NCBI GenBank assembly: GCA_944372415.1
Contig: CALVZA010000001.1
Span: 512 to 64,511 of the forward strand
Source of the DNA: an uncultured Bacilli bacterium
GTDB lineage: Bacteria > Bacillota_I > Bacilli_A > RF39 > UBA660
Reading direction: 5' to 3'
DNA: 64,000 nucleotides
Each line of letters opens with the position of its first letter. Position 1 is the first letter of the stretch. The notes under the pieces are model-generated. The model was given only the letters and a program-made list of their open reading frames with translations, did no database searches and was not told the origin of the DNA. Shown piece by piece: positions 17,664 to 30,137 of the stretch. The position numbers and the translations under genes were made by a program.

Positions 17664-18293
17664 TCATTTTGTTATATTTTTTTGTTTAGGAGTTTTTGTT
17701 AATGCTTTATAAAATTCTAAAGTTAAAATTCCTAATTGTGAATCTGATAAAAGAGTTCCTTCTAAAAATAGATTACTATCTACTTTACTAAATTTTAGTT
17801 CGTAATCTGCATCTTGAAAATAGTAATTTTTCGCTTGAACATATTCTCTTATAAATTCTCTTATAGTTCTACCATTTCCTTCTCTAAAGGGATGAATTCT
17901 AATTAATCTGTGATATACGCTAGCTAAAGCTTCTGCATATAAATAATCACTATATGCATTATTTATTACTCTTTCGTCAATATTATTAAGTAATTCGTTT
18001 AAAGATAATTCTATAAGATTAAAGTCAGTAAAAGAAGTTTGTTTTGCTATATTAGTTTTTCTATACTTTCCAGCAAAATCATATATATCTTCAAAAATAA
18101 ATTTATGAATATTGCATAAATGTTTTGCATCAAAATTTCCTTCTATTGGTTTTAAATTTAATATAGTTAATTTTTTCAATGAAACTTCTTTTTCTATTTG
18201 TTTTAGTTGTTCATTATTAGTTATATTTAATTTATTTTTTAATATGTCGGTATTAGGAATAAAATAATTATTCCATTCATCATTATTTATCAT
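17664..18293 (-). CDS. fic: Fic family protein (putative AMPylase), VbhT/FicT-like
   Basis: Canonical Fic motif HPFREGNGRTIREF. N-terminus NYFIPNTDILKNKLNI resembles class I Fic toxins. Confidence 0.85.
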   Translation of the reverse strand: MINNDEWNNYFIPNTDILKNKLNITNNEQLKQIEKEVSLKKLTILNLKPIEGNFDAKHLCNIHKFIFEDIYDFAGKYRKTNIAKQTSFTDFNLIELSLNELLNNIDERVINNAYSDYLYAEALASVYHRLIRIHPFREGNGRTIREFIREYVQAKNYYFQDADYELKFSKVDSNLFLEGTLLSDSQLGILTLEFYKALTKTPKQKNITK

Positions 18294-18477
18294 TTATATT
18301 ACTCTTTTCTTTTTGTGTTAGAGTTATTATTTTTTCATCATTTACAATTTCTTTTTTTAATTTTTTTATATTTGTTTTTTCTAATTTTATATCTTCATCT
18401 ATATTTATAATTGATGCTGCTTCTTTGATTGCTTTTGATAATATTTTTAGTTCTTTTATTTTTTCTTCTTTTTCCAT
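18283..18477 (-). CDS. small coiled-coil protein overlapping fic (possible cognate antitoxin/regulator)
   Basis: 64 aa, 11-nt overlap with the fic start, GGAGG RBS. No canonical (S/T)xxxE(G/N) inhibitory motif seen. Confidence 0.4.
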   Translation of the reverse strand: MEKEEKIKELKILSKAIKEAASIINIDEDIKLEKTNIKKLKKEIVNDEKIITLTQKEKSNINDK

Positions 18478-18543
18478 TTAATCCTCCTATTTATATAATA
18501 ATTTTAACATAATTTATATTATGTTTGTAAAAAAAACAAAAAA

Positions 18544-18571
18544 TTAGCACTCATATATTGACAAGTGCTAA
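18544..18571. promoter_or_regulatory. CIRCE operator 1 (HrcA binding site), atypical 10-nt spacer
   Basis: TTAGCACTC-N10-AAGTGCTAA versus consensus TTAGCACTC-N9-GAGTGCTAA. Overlaps the -35 element. Confidence 0.75.
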
Positions 18572-18586
18572 GCATAATATTATAAT
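18558..18586 (+). promoter_or_regulatory. sigma-A promoter of the hrcA-grpE-dnaK operon
   Basis: TTGACA (18558-18563), 17-nt spacer, TATAAT (18581-18586). Confidence 0.75.
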
Positions 18587-18590
18587 GTAG

Positions 18591-18617
18591 TTAGCACTGG
18601 TGAATAATGTGTGCTAA
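18591..18617. promoter_or_regulatory. CIRCE operator 2
   Basis: TTAGCACTG-N9-GTGTGCTAA (8/9 match in each arm), just downstream of the -10 element. Confidence 0.75.
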
Positions 18618-18629
18618 GGAAGTGATCTT

Positions 18630-19622
18630 GTGGGTGAAAGACAAAAAAAATTGTTAAAGGCCATAGTTGAGTCTTATATAAAAAATGTTAAACCTGTTGG
18701 GTCTAAATCGTTGTGTAAAAAATTTAATTGTTCATCTGCAACAATTAGAAATGATATGATGTATTTAGAAGAGTTAGGTTATTTGGAAAAAACTCATACT
18801 TCAAGTGGTAGAATACCTAGTGAAAAAGGATATCATTATTATGTAGAAAATTTAATGAAATTAAAGGATATTACTGGAGAAGATGTACTAAAGTTACAAA
18901 CAATACTTAATAATAAAGATTTAGTATTAAGTGATGCAATTAATAAATGTATGGAAATAATCAGTGATATTACCAATTATACTAGTATAGTATTAGGAAA
19001 AAATAGTTATAATAATGTGTTAAAACAAATTAGTATAATACCAATTGATGAAAAAAAAGTTGTTTCTGTATTAGTTACAAATACTGGACACGTTGCTAAT
19101 AGACAAGTTATTATTCCTGAAGATATAAGTGTTAAAGAAATAGTAAAAACTTGTGAAATAATAAATAAATCATTAGTTGGAACTCCATTAAATGAAATAT
19201 TAGAAAAATTAGAATTTGTTATTAAACCTGAGATTGCTAAAACAATGCAAAAATACGAAGAATTATGTAGTTTCTTCTATGATGCTTTTTATGAATTCAA
19301 AGACTTAAATAAAGATGATGTATTCTTTGGAGGAAAAACAAATATACTTAAGCAACCAGAATATAATGAACCAGAAAAAATAAAAGAAATTATAGAAAAG
19401 TTAGAAAATGTAGAACTAGTAAAAAATATAGAAACAGATGATAAAGAAATTAAAGTTTATATTGGAGAAGAAAATAATTTTGATCCTGATACAACAGTAA
19501 TAAAAACTAGCTATAATGTTGACGGTGAAGTTGGAACACTTGCTATCATAGGTCCTAAGAGAATGGAATATGATAAAGTTGTAACATTATTAAACTTCTT
19601 AAAAAACTACATAGAAAGGTAA
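18630..19622 (+). CDS. hrcA: heat-inducible transcription repressor HrcA
   Basis: GTG start after GGAAGTGA. N-terminal winged helix (RQKKLLKAIVESYIKNVKPVGSKSL) and synteny. Confidence 0.9.
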   Translation: MGERQKKLLKAIVESYIKNVKPVGSKSLCKKFNCSSATIRNDMMYLEELGYLEKTHTSSGRIPSEKGYHYYVENLMKLKDITGEDVLKLQTILNNKDLVLSDAINKCMEIISDITNYTSIVLGKNSYNNVLKQISIIPIDEKKVVSVLVTNTGHVANRQVIIPEDISVKEIVKTCEIINKSLVGTPLNEILEKLEFVIKPEIAKTMQKYEELCSFFYDAFYEFKDLNKDDVFFGGKTNILKQPEYNEPEKIKEIIEKLENVELVKNIETDDKEIKVYIGEENNFDPDTTVIKTSYNVDGEVGTLAIIGPKRMEYDKVVTLLNFLKNYIER

Positions 19623-19626
19623 TTTT

Positions 19627-22022
<2,396 letters not shown>

Positions 22023-22029
22023 TAAAGAT

Positions 22030-22062
22030 AAGAGATTAGAAGTTATCTAATCTCTTAATTTT
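22030..22062 (+). terminator. hairpin/partial terminator after dnaK
   Basis: aagagattag/ctaatctctt 10-bp stem followed by aatttt. Confidence 0.5.
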
Positions 22063-22078
22063 AAGTTTTGGAGGAAAA

Positions 22079-23860
22079 ATGAAATATAAATCAAGAAATG
22101 AAGTACCAGAAAAATATAAAGTTGATACAAGTGATTTATTTAAATCAATAGAAGATTTTAATAAAGAATTAAAATCATTAGATCAATTATCTAATAAAAT
22201 AACTGAATATCAGAGTATTGTTTATGAAAACTTATTAGAAGTATTAGAATTTGATAATAATATTAGTAAACGTATTGAAAGATTATTTATTTATGCACAC
22301 ATTAATAATGACGTTGATTTAAGTGATAACACATATAATATATTGTATGGACAAGTAATAAAATTAAATAAAAAGTATGAAGAAATGTCTTCTTATATTA
22401 TTCCTGAATTACTAAAATATGAATATAGTGATATAGAAAAATTATATAAAAATAATGAATTATTAAAAGAATATGAAATAACTTTAAAAAATATTTTTAG
22501 AGAAAAACAACATTTTTTATCTAAAGAAGAAGAAACTATATTAAATAAAATTTCTGATACTTTTATGGTCCCAGAAGATGCTTTTTCTAAATTAACTGAT
22601 GTAGATTTAAAATTTGGTAAAATTAAAGATGAGTCTGGTAAATTAGTAGAAATTACAAATAGTAATTACGCTACTTACTTAGAATCAAATAATAGAAATG
22701 TAAGAAAAAATGCTTTTAAAACTTTATATAAAGGATATGAAAGTATCATTAATACAAATACAGAACTATTGTCAGGAAAAGTAAAAATAAATAATTCTAT
22801 TGCAAATATAAGAAAATATTCTTCGGCATTGAATGCATCTTTAAGCAGTAATAATGTTGATAATAATGTTTATAAAACTTTATTAAAATCTATTAATAAT
22901 AATTTAAATATTATTCATAAACAATGGAATGATAGAAAAAAAATAATGGGAGTAAAAGAATTACATTTATATGATACTTATGTACCAATGATAAATGAAT
23001 TTAATAAAAAATATACTTTTGAAGAAGGTAAAAATTTAGTATTAAATTCATTAAGTGTACTAGGAGATGATTATATAAATATTCTTAAAAATGCCTTTAA
23101 TAATAGATGGATAGATGTATATCCTACTAAAAATAAAAGAATGGGTGGATATTGCACAACATGTTATATGACTCATCCTTATGTATTTTTAAATTTTGAT
23201 GAAAGATTTGATGAAGTATCAACTATTGCTCATGAATTGGGGCACGCTATGCACTATTATTATGCAATGAAGAATAACAATTATCAAAATTATGGTTATA
23301 AAATTTTTGTTGCAGAAGTTGCAAGTCAAGTAAATGAATTATTACTATCTTATTATATGTTAGATAATAGTAAAGAGAAAAATGAAAGATTATTTATAAT
23401 TGATGAATTAATTAAAAGATTTAAAGCATCAGTTATAAGACAAACTATGTTTAGTGAATTTGAACTAAAAATACATGAACTAGATCAAAATGGAGAAATT
23501 TTAACAAAAGATTTAATGTGTGATGAATATTTTAAATTAAATAAAAAATATTTTGGTTCACATGTAGTTGTAGACGATGAAATTAAGTATGAATGGTCTA
23601 GAATCCCACACTTTTATTATAATTTTTATGTATATCAATATGCTACAGGATATATTTCTGCTTTGAAAATAGCCAAAGATATTTATAATAAAAAGAGTGG
23701 TGCGTTAGATAGTTATAAAGAATTCTTAAAATTAGGATGTACAAAAGATCCTGTGTCATCATTAAAAGTTGCTGGTGTTGATTTAAATGATGAAAAAGTA
23801 TTTAATGAAGCATTTAATGAATTTGATAAACTTTTAAGTGAGTATAAAAATTTATTATAA
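22079..23860 (+). CDS. pepF: oligoendopeptidase F (peptidase M3B)
   Basis: HELGHAMH zinc motif, 593 aa, PepF-like layout. Confidence 0.85.
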   Translation: MKYKSRNEVPEKYKVDTSDLFKSIEDFNKELKSLDQLSNKITEYQSIVYENLLEVLEFDNNISKRIERLFIYAHINNDVDLSDNTYNILYGQVIKLNKKYEEMSSYIIPELLKYEYSDIEKLYKNNELLKEYEITLKNIFREKQHFLSKEEETILNKISDTFMVPEDAFSKLTDVDLKFGKIKDESGKLVEITNSNYATYLESNNRNVRKNAFKTLYKGYESIINTNTELLSGKVKINNSIANIRKYSSALNASLSSNNVDNNVYKTLLKSINNNLNIIHKQWNDRKKIMGVKELHLYDTYVPMINEFNKKYTFEEGKNLVLNSLSVLGDDYINILKNAFNNRWIDVYPTKNKRMGGYCTTCYMTHPYVFLNFDERFDEVSTIAHELGHAMHYYYAMKNNNYQNYGYKIFVAEVASQVNELLLSYYMLDNSKEKNERLFIIDELIKRFKASVIRQTMFSEFELKIHELDQNGEILTKDLMCDEYFKLNKKYFGSHVVVDDEIKYEWSRIPHFYYNFYVYQYATGYISALKIAKDIYNKKSGALDSYKEFLKLGCTKDPVSSLKVAGVDLNDEKVFNEAFNEFDKLLSEYKNLL

Positions 23861-23874
23861 AAGGAAGTGTAAAA

Positions 23875-24990
23875 ATGGCTAAAGATTATTATAAAATATT
23901 AGAAGTAGATAAAAATGCTACTGATGAGGAAATCAAACGATCATTTCGTAAATTAGCAAAAAAGTATCATCCTGACGTAAATAAAGAACCAGGTGCTCAA
24001 GAAAAGTTTAAAGAAATAGGAGAAGCATATAGTGTTTTATCTGATCCAAGTAAACGTAAACAATATGATCAATTTGGTTCTGCTGCATTTGATGGAAGTG
24101 CAGGTGGAGGTTTCTCTGGTTTTGGAGGAGGTTTTGCTGGATTTGATGACATTGATTTAGGTGATATTTTTGAAACATTTATGGGTGGTAGTTTTGGAGG
24201 AAGACGTAGTAGAAATACTAAACGACCTACAAAAGGAGAAGATGTTCTAGTACATATAAATTTAACTTTTGAAGAAGCAATATATGGTTGTGAAAAAGAA
24301 TTTAGCATAAACATAAAAGATAAATGTGAATCTTGTAATGGTTTAGGGGGGCATAATTCTAAAACATGTCCAACTTGTAATGGTCGTGGAAGAGTAGTCC
24401 AAGAACAACGTACTATATTAGGAATGTTTCAAACTGAATCAACTTGTCCAAAATGTAATGGAAGTGGTACTGTATTTGAGACAACATGTAACTCTTGTCG
24501 CGGTAAAGGACTTGTTATTAGAAAGAAAAATTTAAAAGTACGTGTTCCTCGTGGAGTTGATAATGAAGACCAATTAAGAATGTCTGGAAAAGCTTCTAGT
24601 GGATTAAATGGTGGACCAAATGGAGATGTATATATTGAATTTACTGTTAAAGATCATCCATTTTATCAAAGAGATAAAAGTGATATTTATATAAAAGTAC
24701 CTTTAACTATTGCTGAAGCAATTATGGGTTGTAAAAAAGAAGTAAATACAATTCAAGGAATAGTTAAAGTAGAAGTAGAACCTGGTACTCAAAATGGAAC
24801 TAAAGTAAAATTAAGAGGAAAAGGTATAGATGATGAAAAACTAGGCAAAAAAGGAGATACTTATATAATTTATAATGTTATCATTCCAACTAAATTAGAC
24901 AGAAAACAAAAGAAAATAATAAAAGATTTAAGTGAAACTCCATTAGATGATGAAGAAGCATTTAAAACTTTTAAAAGATATAATAAATAG
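23875..24990 (+). CDS. dnaJ: molecular chaperone DnaJ
   Basis: J domain with YHPD, G/F region, four CxxCxGxG zinc-finger repeats. Confidence 0.98.
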   Translation: MAKDYYKILEVDKNATDEEIKRSFRKLAKKYHPDVNKEPGAQEKFKEIGEAYSVLSDPSKRKQYDQFGSAAFDGSAGGGFSGFGGGFAGFDDIDLGDIFETFMGGSFGGRRSRNTKRPTKGEDVLVHINLTFEEAIYGCEKEFSINIKDKCESCNGLGGHNSKTCPTCNGRGRVVQEQRTILGMFQTESTCPKCNGSGTVFETTCNSCRGKGLVIRKKNLKVRVPRGVDNEDQLRMSGKASSGLNGGPNGDVYIEFTVKDHPFYQRDKSDIYIKVPLTIAEAIMGCKKEVNTIQGIVKVEVEPGTQNGTKVKLRGKGIDDEKLGKKGDTYIIYNVIIPTKLDRKQKKIIKDLSETPLDDEEAFKTFKRYNK

Positions 24991-25001
24991 TACTTGATGT
25001 A

Positions 25002-25060
25002 AGTCATAAATATTTTAAAGTTAAAATGTCATAACTTTAGATATTTATGACTATTTTTTT
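25002..25060 (+). terminator. intrinsic terminator after dnaJ
   Basis: 12-bp stem agtcataaatat/atatttatgact followed by a T7 run. Confidence 0.7.
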
Positions 25061-25102
25061 GATACAGTTACATCATCTAATAATAGAAGAAGTGATATAA
25101 GC

Positions 25103-25219
25103 ATGAGAAAAGATATTACATTAGAAAGATTAATGTTTAGAAAAAATATTAATAAATCTACTTTAGCAAGACAGTATAATTGTTGTTGGAAAAATATTGA
25201 TAGAAGATTAAATACTTAA
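25103..25219 (+). pseudogene. 38-aa helix-turn-helix mini-ORF, possible relic of an IS21-like transposase N-terminus
   Basis: MRKDITLERLMFRKNINKSTLARQYNCCWKNIDRRLNT. The ...STLARQYN....NIDRRL pattern resembles IstA-type HTH starts. No remainder of a transposase follows. Confidence 0.25.
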
Positions 25220-25297
25220 AAATATAAAACCAGATTTTATTATTTTTATTAGTAAATAAAGGCTTTTTTTGTTATAATTCTTTTAGGACGTGATATT

Positions 25298-26245
25298 ATG
25301 AAAAATATAGTAGTTTTTGGCGGAGGAACAGGGTTGTCAAATTTATTATCTGGACTAAAACTTTTTCCAGTTAATGTTACTGCTGTTATAAGTGTAGCAG
25401 ACAATGGAAGTTCAACTGGCGCTTTAAAACGTGAATTAAATATACCTGCTGTAGGAGATATAGGTAAAGTAATGTTAACTATGTCAAATGCAGATGATGA
25501 ACTTATTAATTTATTATCATATAGATTTAAAAATCCATCACTTGAAAATCATCCTATAAGAAATATTATGTTAGCAGCACTTATAGATCAAAAAGGGAAT
25601 TTAACAGATGCTATAAATTTTATGTGTAAACTTTTAAAAATAAATGGCACAATATTACCTAATACAGAAGATAAAGTAGAATTAGTTGGAATTATGGAAG
25701 ATGGAACTAAAATAATTGGTGAAGAAAATATAACTAAAAGTTATAAAAAAATAAAAGAATTAAAATATGATAAAGATTTTAAAGTTAATAAAGAAGTAAT
25801 AAAAAGTATAAAAAATGCAGATTTAATAATTTTTTCATCAGGGTCATTATTTACAAGTATTATGCCTCATTTAATAATAGATAAGATAAAAGAAGCAATA
25901 AATAATTCAAACGCAAAAAAAATGTATATATCAAATTTATTTACTCAACCTGGTGAAACAGATGATTTTAAAGTAAGTGATCATATAAAAGTATTAAATA
26001 AATATATAAATAATATAGATGTAGTCATTGCTAATGATAAAAAAATACCATATAAAACTGCTCAAAAATATATGAGAGAAGAAGAAAAAGATCAAGTTAA
26101 AATAGATAAAAGAGAAATAGAAAGATTAAATTCTAAATTAATTAGTGATAAATTATATCATTTTTCTAAAATAGATGGAACTATAAAACATGATCCTTTA
26201 AAAACTTCATATTTAATATTTTCATATTTAATGGATGAGGTATAA
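25298..26245 (+). CDS. yvcK: gluconeogenesis factor YvcK (CofD-like, UPF0052)
   Basis: MKNIVVFGGGTGLSNLLSGLK start, GDIGK, GSLFTSIMPHL motifs. Upstream of whiA as in Bacilli. Confidence 0.9.
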   Translation: MKNIVVFGGGTGLSNLLSGLKLFPVNVTAVISVADNGSSTGALKRELNIPAVGDIGKVMLTMSNADDELINLLSYRFKNPSLENHPIRNIMLAALIDQKGNLTDAINFMCKLLKINGTILPNTEDKVELVGIMEDGTKIIGEENITKSYKKIKELKYDKDFKVNKEVIKSIKNADLIIFSSGSLFTSIMPHLIIDKIKEAINNSNAKKMYISNLFTQPGETDDFKVSDHIKVLNKYINNIDVVIANDKKIPYKTAQKYMREEEKDQVKIDKREIERLNSKLISDKLYHFSKIDGTIKHDPLKTSYLIFSYLMDEV

Positions 26246-26246
26246 A

Positions 26247-27149
26247 ATGACCTTTACTACAAGAATTAAAGAAGAAATAACATCTTTCATACCAAATGTA
26301 ATAGATGCTAGAGTAGAATTATTATCATATTTAAATTTTGCAGCTTCATTTGAAGAAAATAAAATAACTTTATATATAGAAAATGGTGCAGTTGCTAGAT
26401 ATATTTTTAAACTTATAAAGATGACTTATAATATAAATATAAATTTAACAATAAGAACTCAAAAGAAGTTTAAAATTAAAAAAATATTTATATTATCTAT
26501 AAATGAAAAGATAGAAAGTATAAAAAATGAAATAAGAGAACTTACTAATGATATAATAAATTGTAGTAATGAGGAAATGTCTTCGTTTTTAAAAGGTGCA
26601 TTTTTATGTGCTGGTTCAATAAATGACCCTAGTAAAAGTAAATACCATTTAGAATTTTTAGTAAACGATTTAGAAAATGCTGATTTAATAAATAATATAT
26701 TATTGTTACTTAAATTTAATAGTAAAATTATTAGAAGAGATAAAGGATATATGGTATATATAAAAATAAGTGAAGAAATAAGTGATTTTATAAAAATATT
26801 AGGAGCAACTAATTCTTTATTTTATTATGAAGACATAAGAATATATAGAGATCATAAAAATATGGTTAATAGACTAAATAATTGTGAACAAGCAAATATA
26901 GAAAAAAGTATGAAAACGTCAGTTGAACAATTAAAAAACATAAAATATTTAAAAGAACATGATCTAATTGATTTATTAGATGATAAACTAAAATTAGTTA
27001 TAAATTATAAAGAAAAATATCCAGATACAACTATGAATGAATTAGCAACAATAATATCTATGGAAACAGATATAACTTTATCTAAATCATGTATAAATCA
27101 TTATTTTAGAAAGATTAAAGATTTAGTAAATAAAGATAAAAATAGGTGA
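26247..27149 (+). CDS. whiA: DNA-binding protein WhiA
   Basis: MTFTTRIKEEI start after GAGGT, LAGLIDADG-like middle region, C-terminal HTH (ELATIISMETDITLSKSCINHYFRKI). Confidence 0.9.
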   Translation: MTFTTRIKEEITSFIPNVIDARVELLSYLNFAASFEENKITLYIENGAVARYIFKLIKMTYNININLTIRTQKKFKIKKIFILSINEKIESIKNEIRELTNDIINCSNEEMSSFLKGAFLCAGSINDPSKSKYHLEFLVNDLENADLINNILLLLKFNSKIIRRDKGYMVYIKISEEISDFIKILGATNSLFYYEDIRIYRDHKNMVNRLNNCEQANIEKSMKTSVEQLKNIKYLKEHDLIDLLDDKLKLVINYKEKYPDTTMNELATIISMETDITLSKSCINHYFRKIKDLVNKDKNR

Positions 27150-27154
27150 GGTTT

Positions 27155-28612
27155 ATGAAACTTATAAAACTATTAGAAAATATTGATTATAAATTAATTA
27201 AAGGTAATTTAGAATTTGAAATTGAAGATATTACATACGATTCTAGAACTGCCAACAAAACAAATTGTTTTGTTGCATTAGTTGGAATAGATAGAGATGG
27301 TCATGATTATATTGAATCTGTTATAAAACAAGGATGTAAATGTATAATAGTTTCAAAGAGTATTGATATTAATTATGACATTAATATTATTAAAGTTAAT
27401 AATACTAGAAAAATTTTACCAATAATAAGTGCAAATTTATTTGATAATCCTGGTGATAAATTAATAAAAATAGGTATAACAGGTACTAAAGGGAAAACTA
27501 GTGTATCTTATATTTTAAAACAATTGCTTGAATTTAGTGGAAAAAAAGTTGGAGTAATAGGAACTAATGGAACTATTATAGGTAATAAAAAAATAGAACA
27601 CAAGAATACTACTCCAGAATCTTACTTAGTACAAAAATATATGAGATATATGGTAGATCAAAATGTTAAATATTTAATAATGGAAGTATCTAGTCAAGCA
27701 TTAAAAGTTGGACGTGTATCTAATATAATTTTTGATTATGCAATATTTACTAATCTTTCTTTAGATCATGTAGGAAAAAAAGAACATGAAAGTTATGAAG
27801 ATTATGTATATTCAAAATCTCTTTTATTTAAACAATCAAAAATAGGAATAATAAATAAAGATGAAAAAGAATATAATAAAATAATAAAAAATGCTACGTC
27901 AAAAATAATTACTTATGGAAAAAGTAATGCTGATTATATAATAAGTGATATAAATAAGATTATAAAAAAAGATTTATTAGGAATGAATTTTAAAATTAAT
28001 AATGAAGAATTTTATATAGGTATGCTTGGAGAGTTTTCTGTTTATAATGCTACAAGCGTTATTGCTATAGCTAAGATACTAAACATTTCGAATGATATTA
28101 TCAATAAAGCTTTAAAAAATATATCTATAGAAGGAAGAATGGAAGTAATAAATGTAGATAATAAATATAAAGTTATAATTGATTATGCCCATAATAATTT
28201 AAGTATAGAAACTATTATAAAAACTGCAAGAGATTTTGGTAACTATATAGTAACTATAATTGGTTGTGGTGGAGGAAGAGCAAAAGAACTAAGAATAGGT
28301 ATAGGAGAAACTGTAGGTAAACTATCAGACTTTACTATAATTACTAGTGATAATCCAAGATATGATGATTTAAATGAAATAAATAACGATATTAAATTAG
28401 GTGTAGAAAAGTCAAACGGAAAATATATAATAATAAATGATAGAGAAGAAGCAATTAAATATGCAATAAATAAAATACCAAATAAAGATATAATATTAAT
28501 ACTTGGAAAAGGACATGAAAAATTTCAAGAAATCAATGGAAAAATATATGATTTTGATGAAAGAAAAATTGTAGAAAAATGTATTAGAGGTAAGAGTGAA
28601 AATATTAGATAA
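27155..28612 (+). CDS. murE: UDP-N-acetylmuramoyl-L-alanyl-D-glutamate ligase MurE, paralog 1 (DNPR motif, DAP-type)
   Basis: ITYDSRTANKTNCFVALVGIDRDGHDY, GITGTKGKTS, TSDNPRYDD. Confidence 0.85.
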   Translation: MKLIKLLENIDYKLIKGNLEFEIEDITYDSRTANKTNCFVALVGIDRDGHDYIESVIKQGCKCIIVSKSIDINYDINIIKVNNTRKILPIISANLFDNPGDKLIKIGITGTKGKTSVSYILKQLLEFSGKKVGVIGTNGTIIGNKKIEHKNTTPESYLVQKYMRYMVDQNVKYLIMEVSSQALKVGRVSNIIFDYAIFTNLSLDHVGKKEHESYEDYVYSKSLLFKQSKIGIINKDEKEYNKIIKNATSKIITYGKSNADYIISDINKIIKKDLLGMNFKINNEEFYIGMLGEFSVYNATSVIAIAKILNISNDIINKALKNISIEGRMEVINVDNKYKVIIDYAHNNLSIETIIKTARDFGNYIVTIIGCGGGRAKELRIGIGETVGKLSDFTIITSDNPRYDDLNEINNDIKLGVEKSNGKYIIINDREEAIKYAINKIPNKDIILILGKGHEKFQEINGKIYDFDERKIVEKCIRGKSENIR

Positions 28613-30095
28613 TGTAAAATATGATAAATTATATTATTCAAAATATAGAAAAAAATTAAAAGGATTATTAAATAGTGAAGAATTAAAAAAGTTAGGTATT
28701 AAATATAATTTAATAGGTTTTACTAAATATAATTATCCATTTGAAACAATATCTATAGGTTTTGGTGAAAAAGAAATATTTATAGTAGGTGGAACTCACG
28801 GTAGTGAAGTAATAGGTGTTGATTTTGTTTTGCAACTAATAGAAAATATTAAAAACTTTGAAGAATTTAATCCTAATTTATATAAAATAATTTTTATTCC
28901 TATGCAAAATCCTGAAGGTTTTGATATAAGTTCAAGCACATTTAAATCTATTAACGATTTTGAATATAAAGAAAAAGCATATGAATATTATAAAAAATAT
29001 AGAATTGATTCGTTAATAAGTATCGCATTTGAATCATTAAATAAACTAATAAATAATTTTTTAAATTCTAATAAAATACTAGAAGCTCAAGATTTATTAG
29101 AACAATTAAAATTATTTCTTAATAATGATAAAAATTGGATACGTTTAAGCGAGCCTAGAGCTATACCAGAAGTTAAAATATTAATTAATAGTATAAATAA
29201 TATAGAAAAAGTTAAAAATTTTGATGAATTAAAAAATTATTTAATAATAATATCAAATTCAATGGAAAATAATGTACTTGATAGTGACTATTTAAAAGTT
29301 TTTATAAAAGAATTTAAAAGAGGTTTTGAAAATAATTTTATATGGAATGAAATTGATAAAATAAATAAAGAAAAATTACATCAATTAATGTTTAAAGATG
29401 ATAATTTTAAAAATTTAGAAAATCCTCAATTAAAAAATCAAATAATCAAATTATATGAAGATAATAATTTTCCTAAAGGTAGTCAAATAACTTATGATGC
29501 TAATGGAAGTGGAATTAATTTGAATGCTAATAATAAATTGAATCCTGGGATAAATGAGCTAAAAATTAATCAAGTATCTTATGGCAATTATTCTAAAGAC
29601 AATATAGTTAGATATTTTAAAGGACCTATAGGAGCTCCAACTAATGATATAAATAATTTTAAATATGAATTAGAAAATAAATATTTGTATGATTTATTAA
29701 ATACTTCTTTTAAATCTGGTAAATATTTAAGTACATTTTTATATCATGGAACTGGTGGAATGATATTTTATAAGCCTAATAAAAGTATGATTGATGAAAG
29801 AAAATATGAAGATTATTTAATTTATAATAAAACTTTAGCAAGTATATATAGTAATGATACTGATTATAAACTTTTAGATATTAGTGATACTACAGGATAT
29901 GGGGATTTATTAAGAAGAACATTTCCTGGTGTATTATTGATTGAATTATCTAAAATGGGTGGTAATCCGATAGGACCTTATGGAGATGAGGATAATATAT
30001 ATAAAACAATAAATGATAATTTTAATGCAATAAGAAGTATATTAAATTTTTATAATAAACGATTAATAAAAGAAAATAAAAATCATATTTTATAA
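28596..30095 (+). CDS. M14-family zinc carboxypeptidase-like protein (gamma-D-glutamyl-diamino-acid peptidase-like) with a large insertion
   Basis: GTG start overlapping the murE end, after AGAGG. GGTHGSEVIG (HxxE), PMQNPEGFD (NPxG), later YHGTGG. Confidence 0.55.
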   Translation: MKILDNVKYDKLYYSKYRKKLKGLLNSEELKKLGIKYNLIGFTKYNYPFETISIGFGEKEIFIVGGTHGSEVIGVDFVLQLIENIKNFEEFNPNLYKIIFIPMQNPEGFDISSSTFKSINDFEYKEKAYEYYKKYRIDSLISIAFESLNKLINNFLNSNKILEAQDLLEQLKLFLNNDKNWIRLSEPRAIPEVKILINSINNIEKVKNFDELKNYLIIISNSMENNVLDSDYLKVFIKEFKRGFENNFIWNEIDKINKEKLHQLMFKDDNFKNLENPQLKNQIIKLYEDNNFPKGSQITYDANGSGINLNANNKLNPGINELKINQVSYGNYSKDNIVRYFKGPIGAPTNDINNFKYELENKYLYDLLNTSFKSGKYLSTFLYHGTGGMIFYKPNKSMIDERKYEDYLIYNKTLASIYSNDTDYKLLDISDTTGYGDLLRRTFPGVLLIELSKMGGNPIGPYGDEDNIYKTINDNFNAIRSILNFYNKRLIKENKNHIL

Positions 30096-30137
30096 AAAAT
30101 AATGAAATATTTATAAAATATGATAGAATATTAAAAG

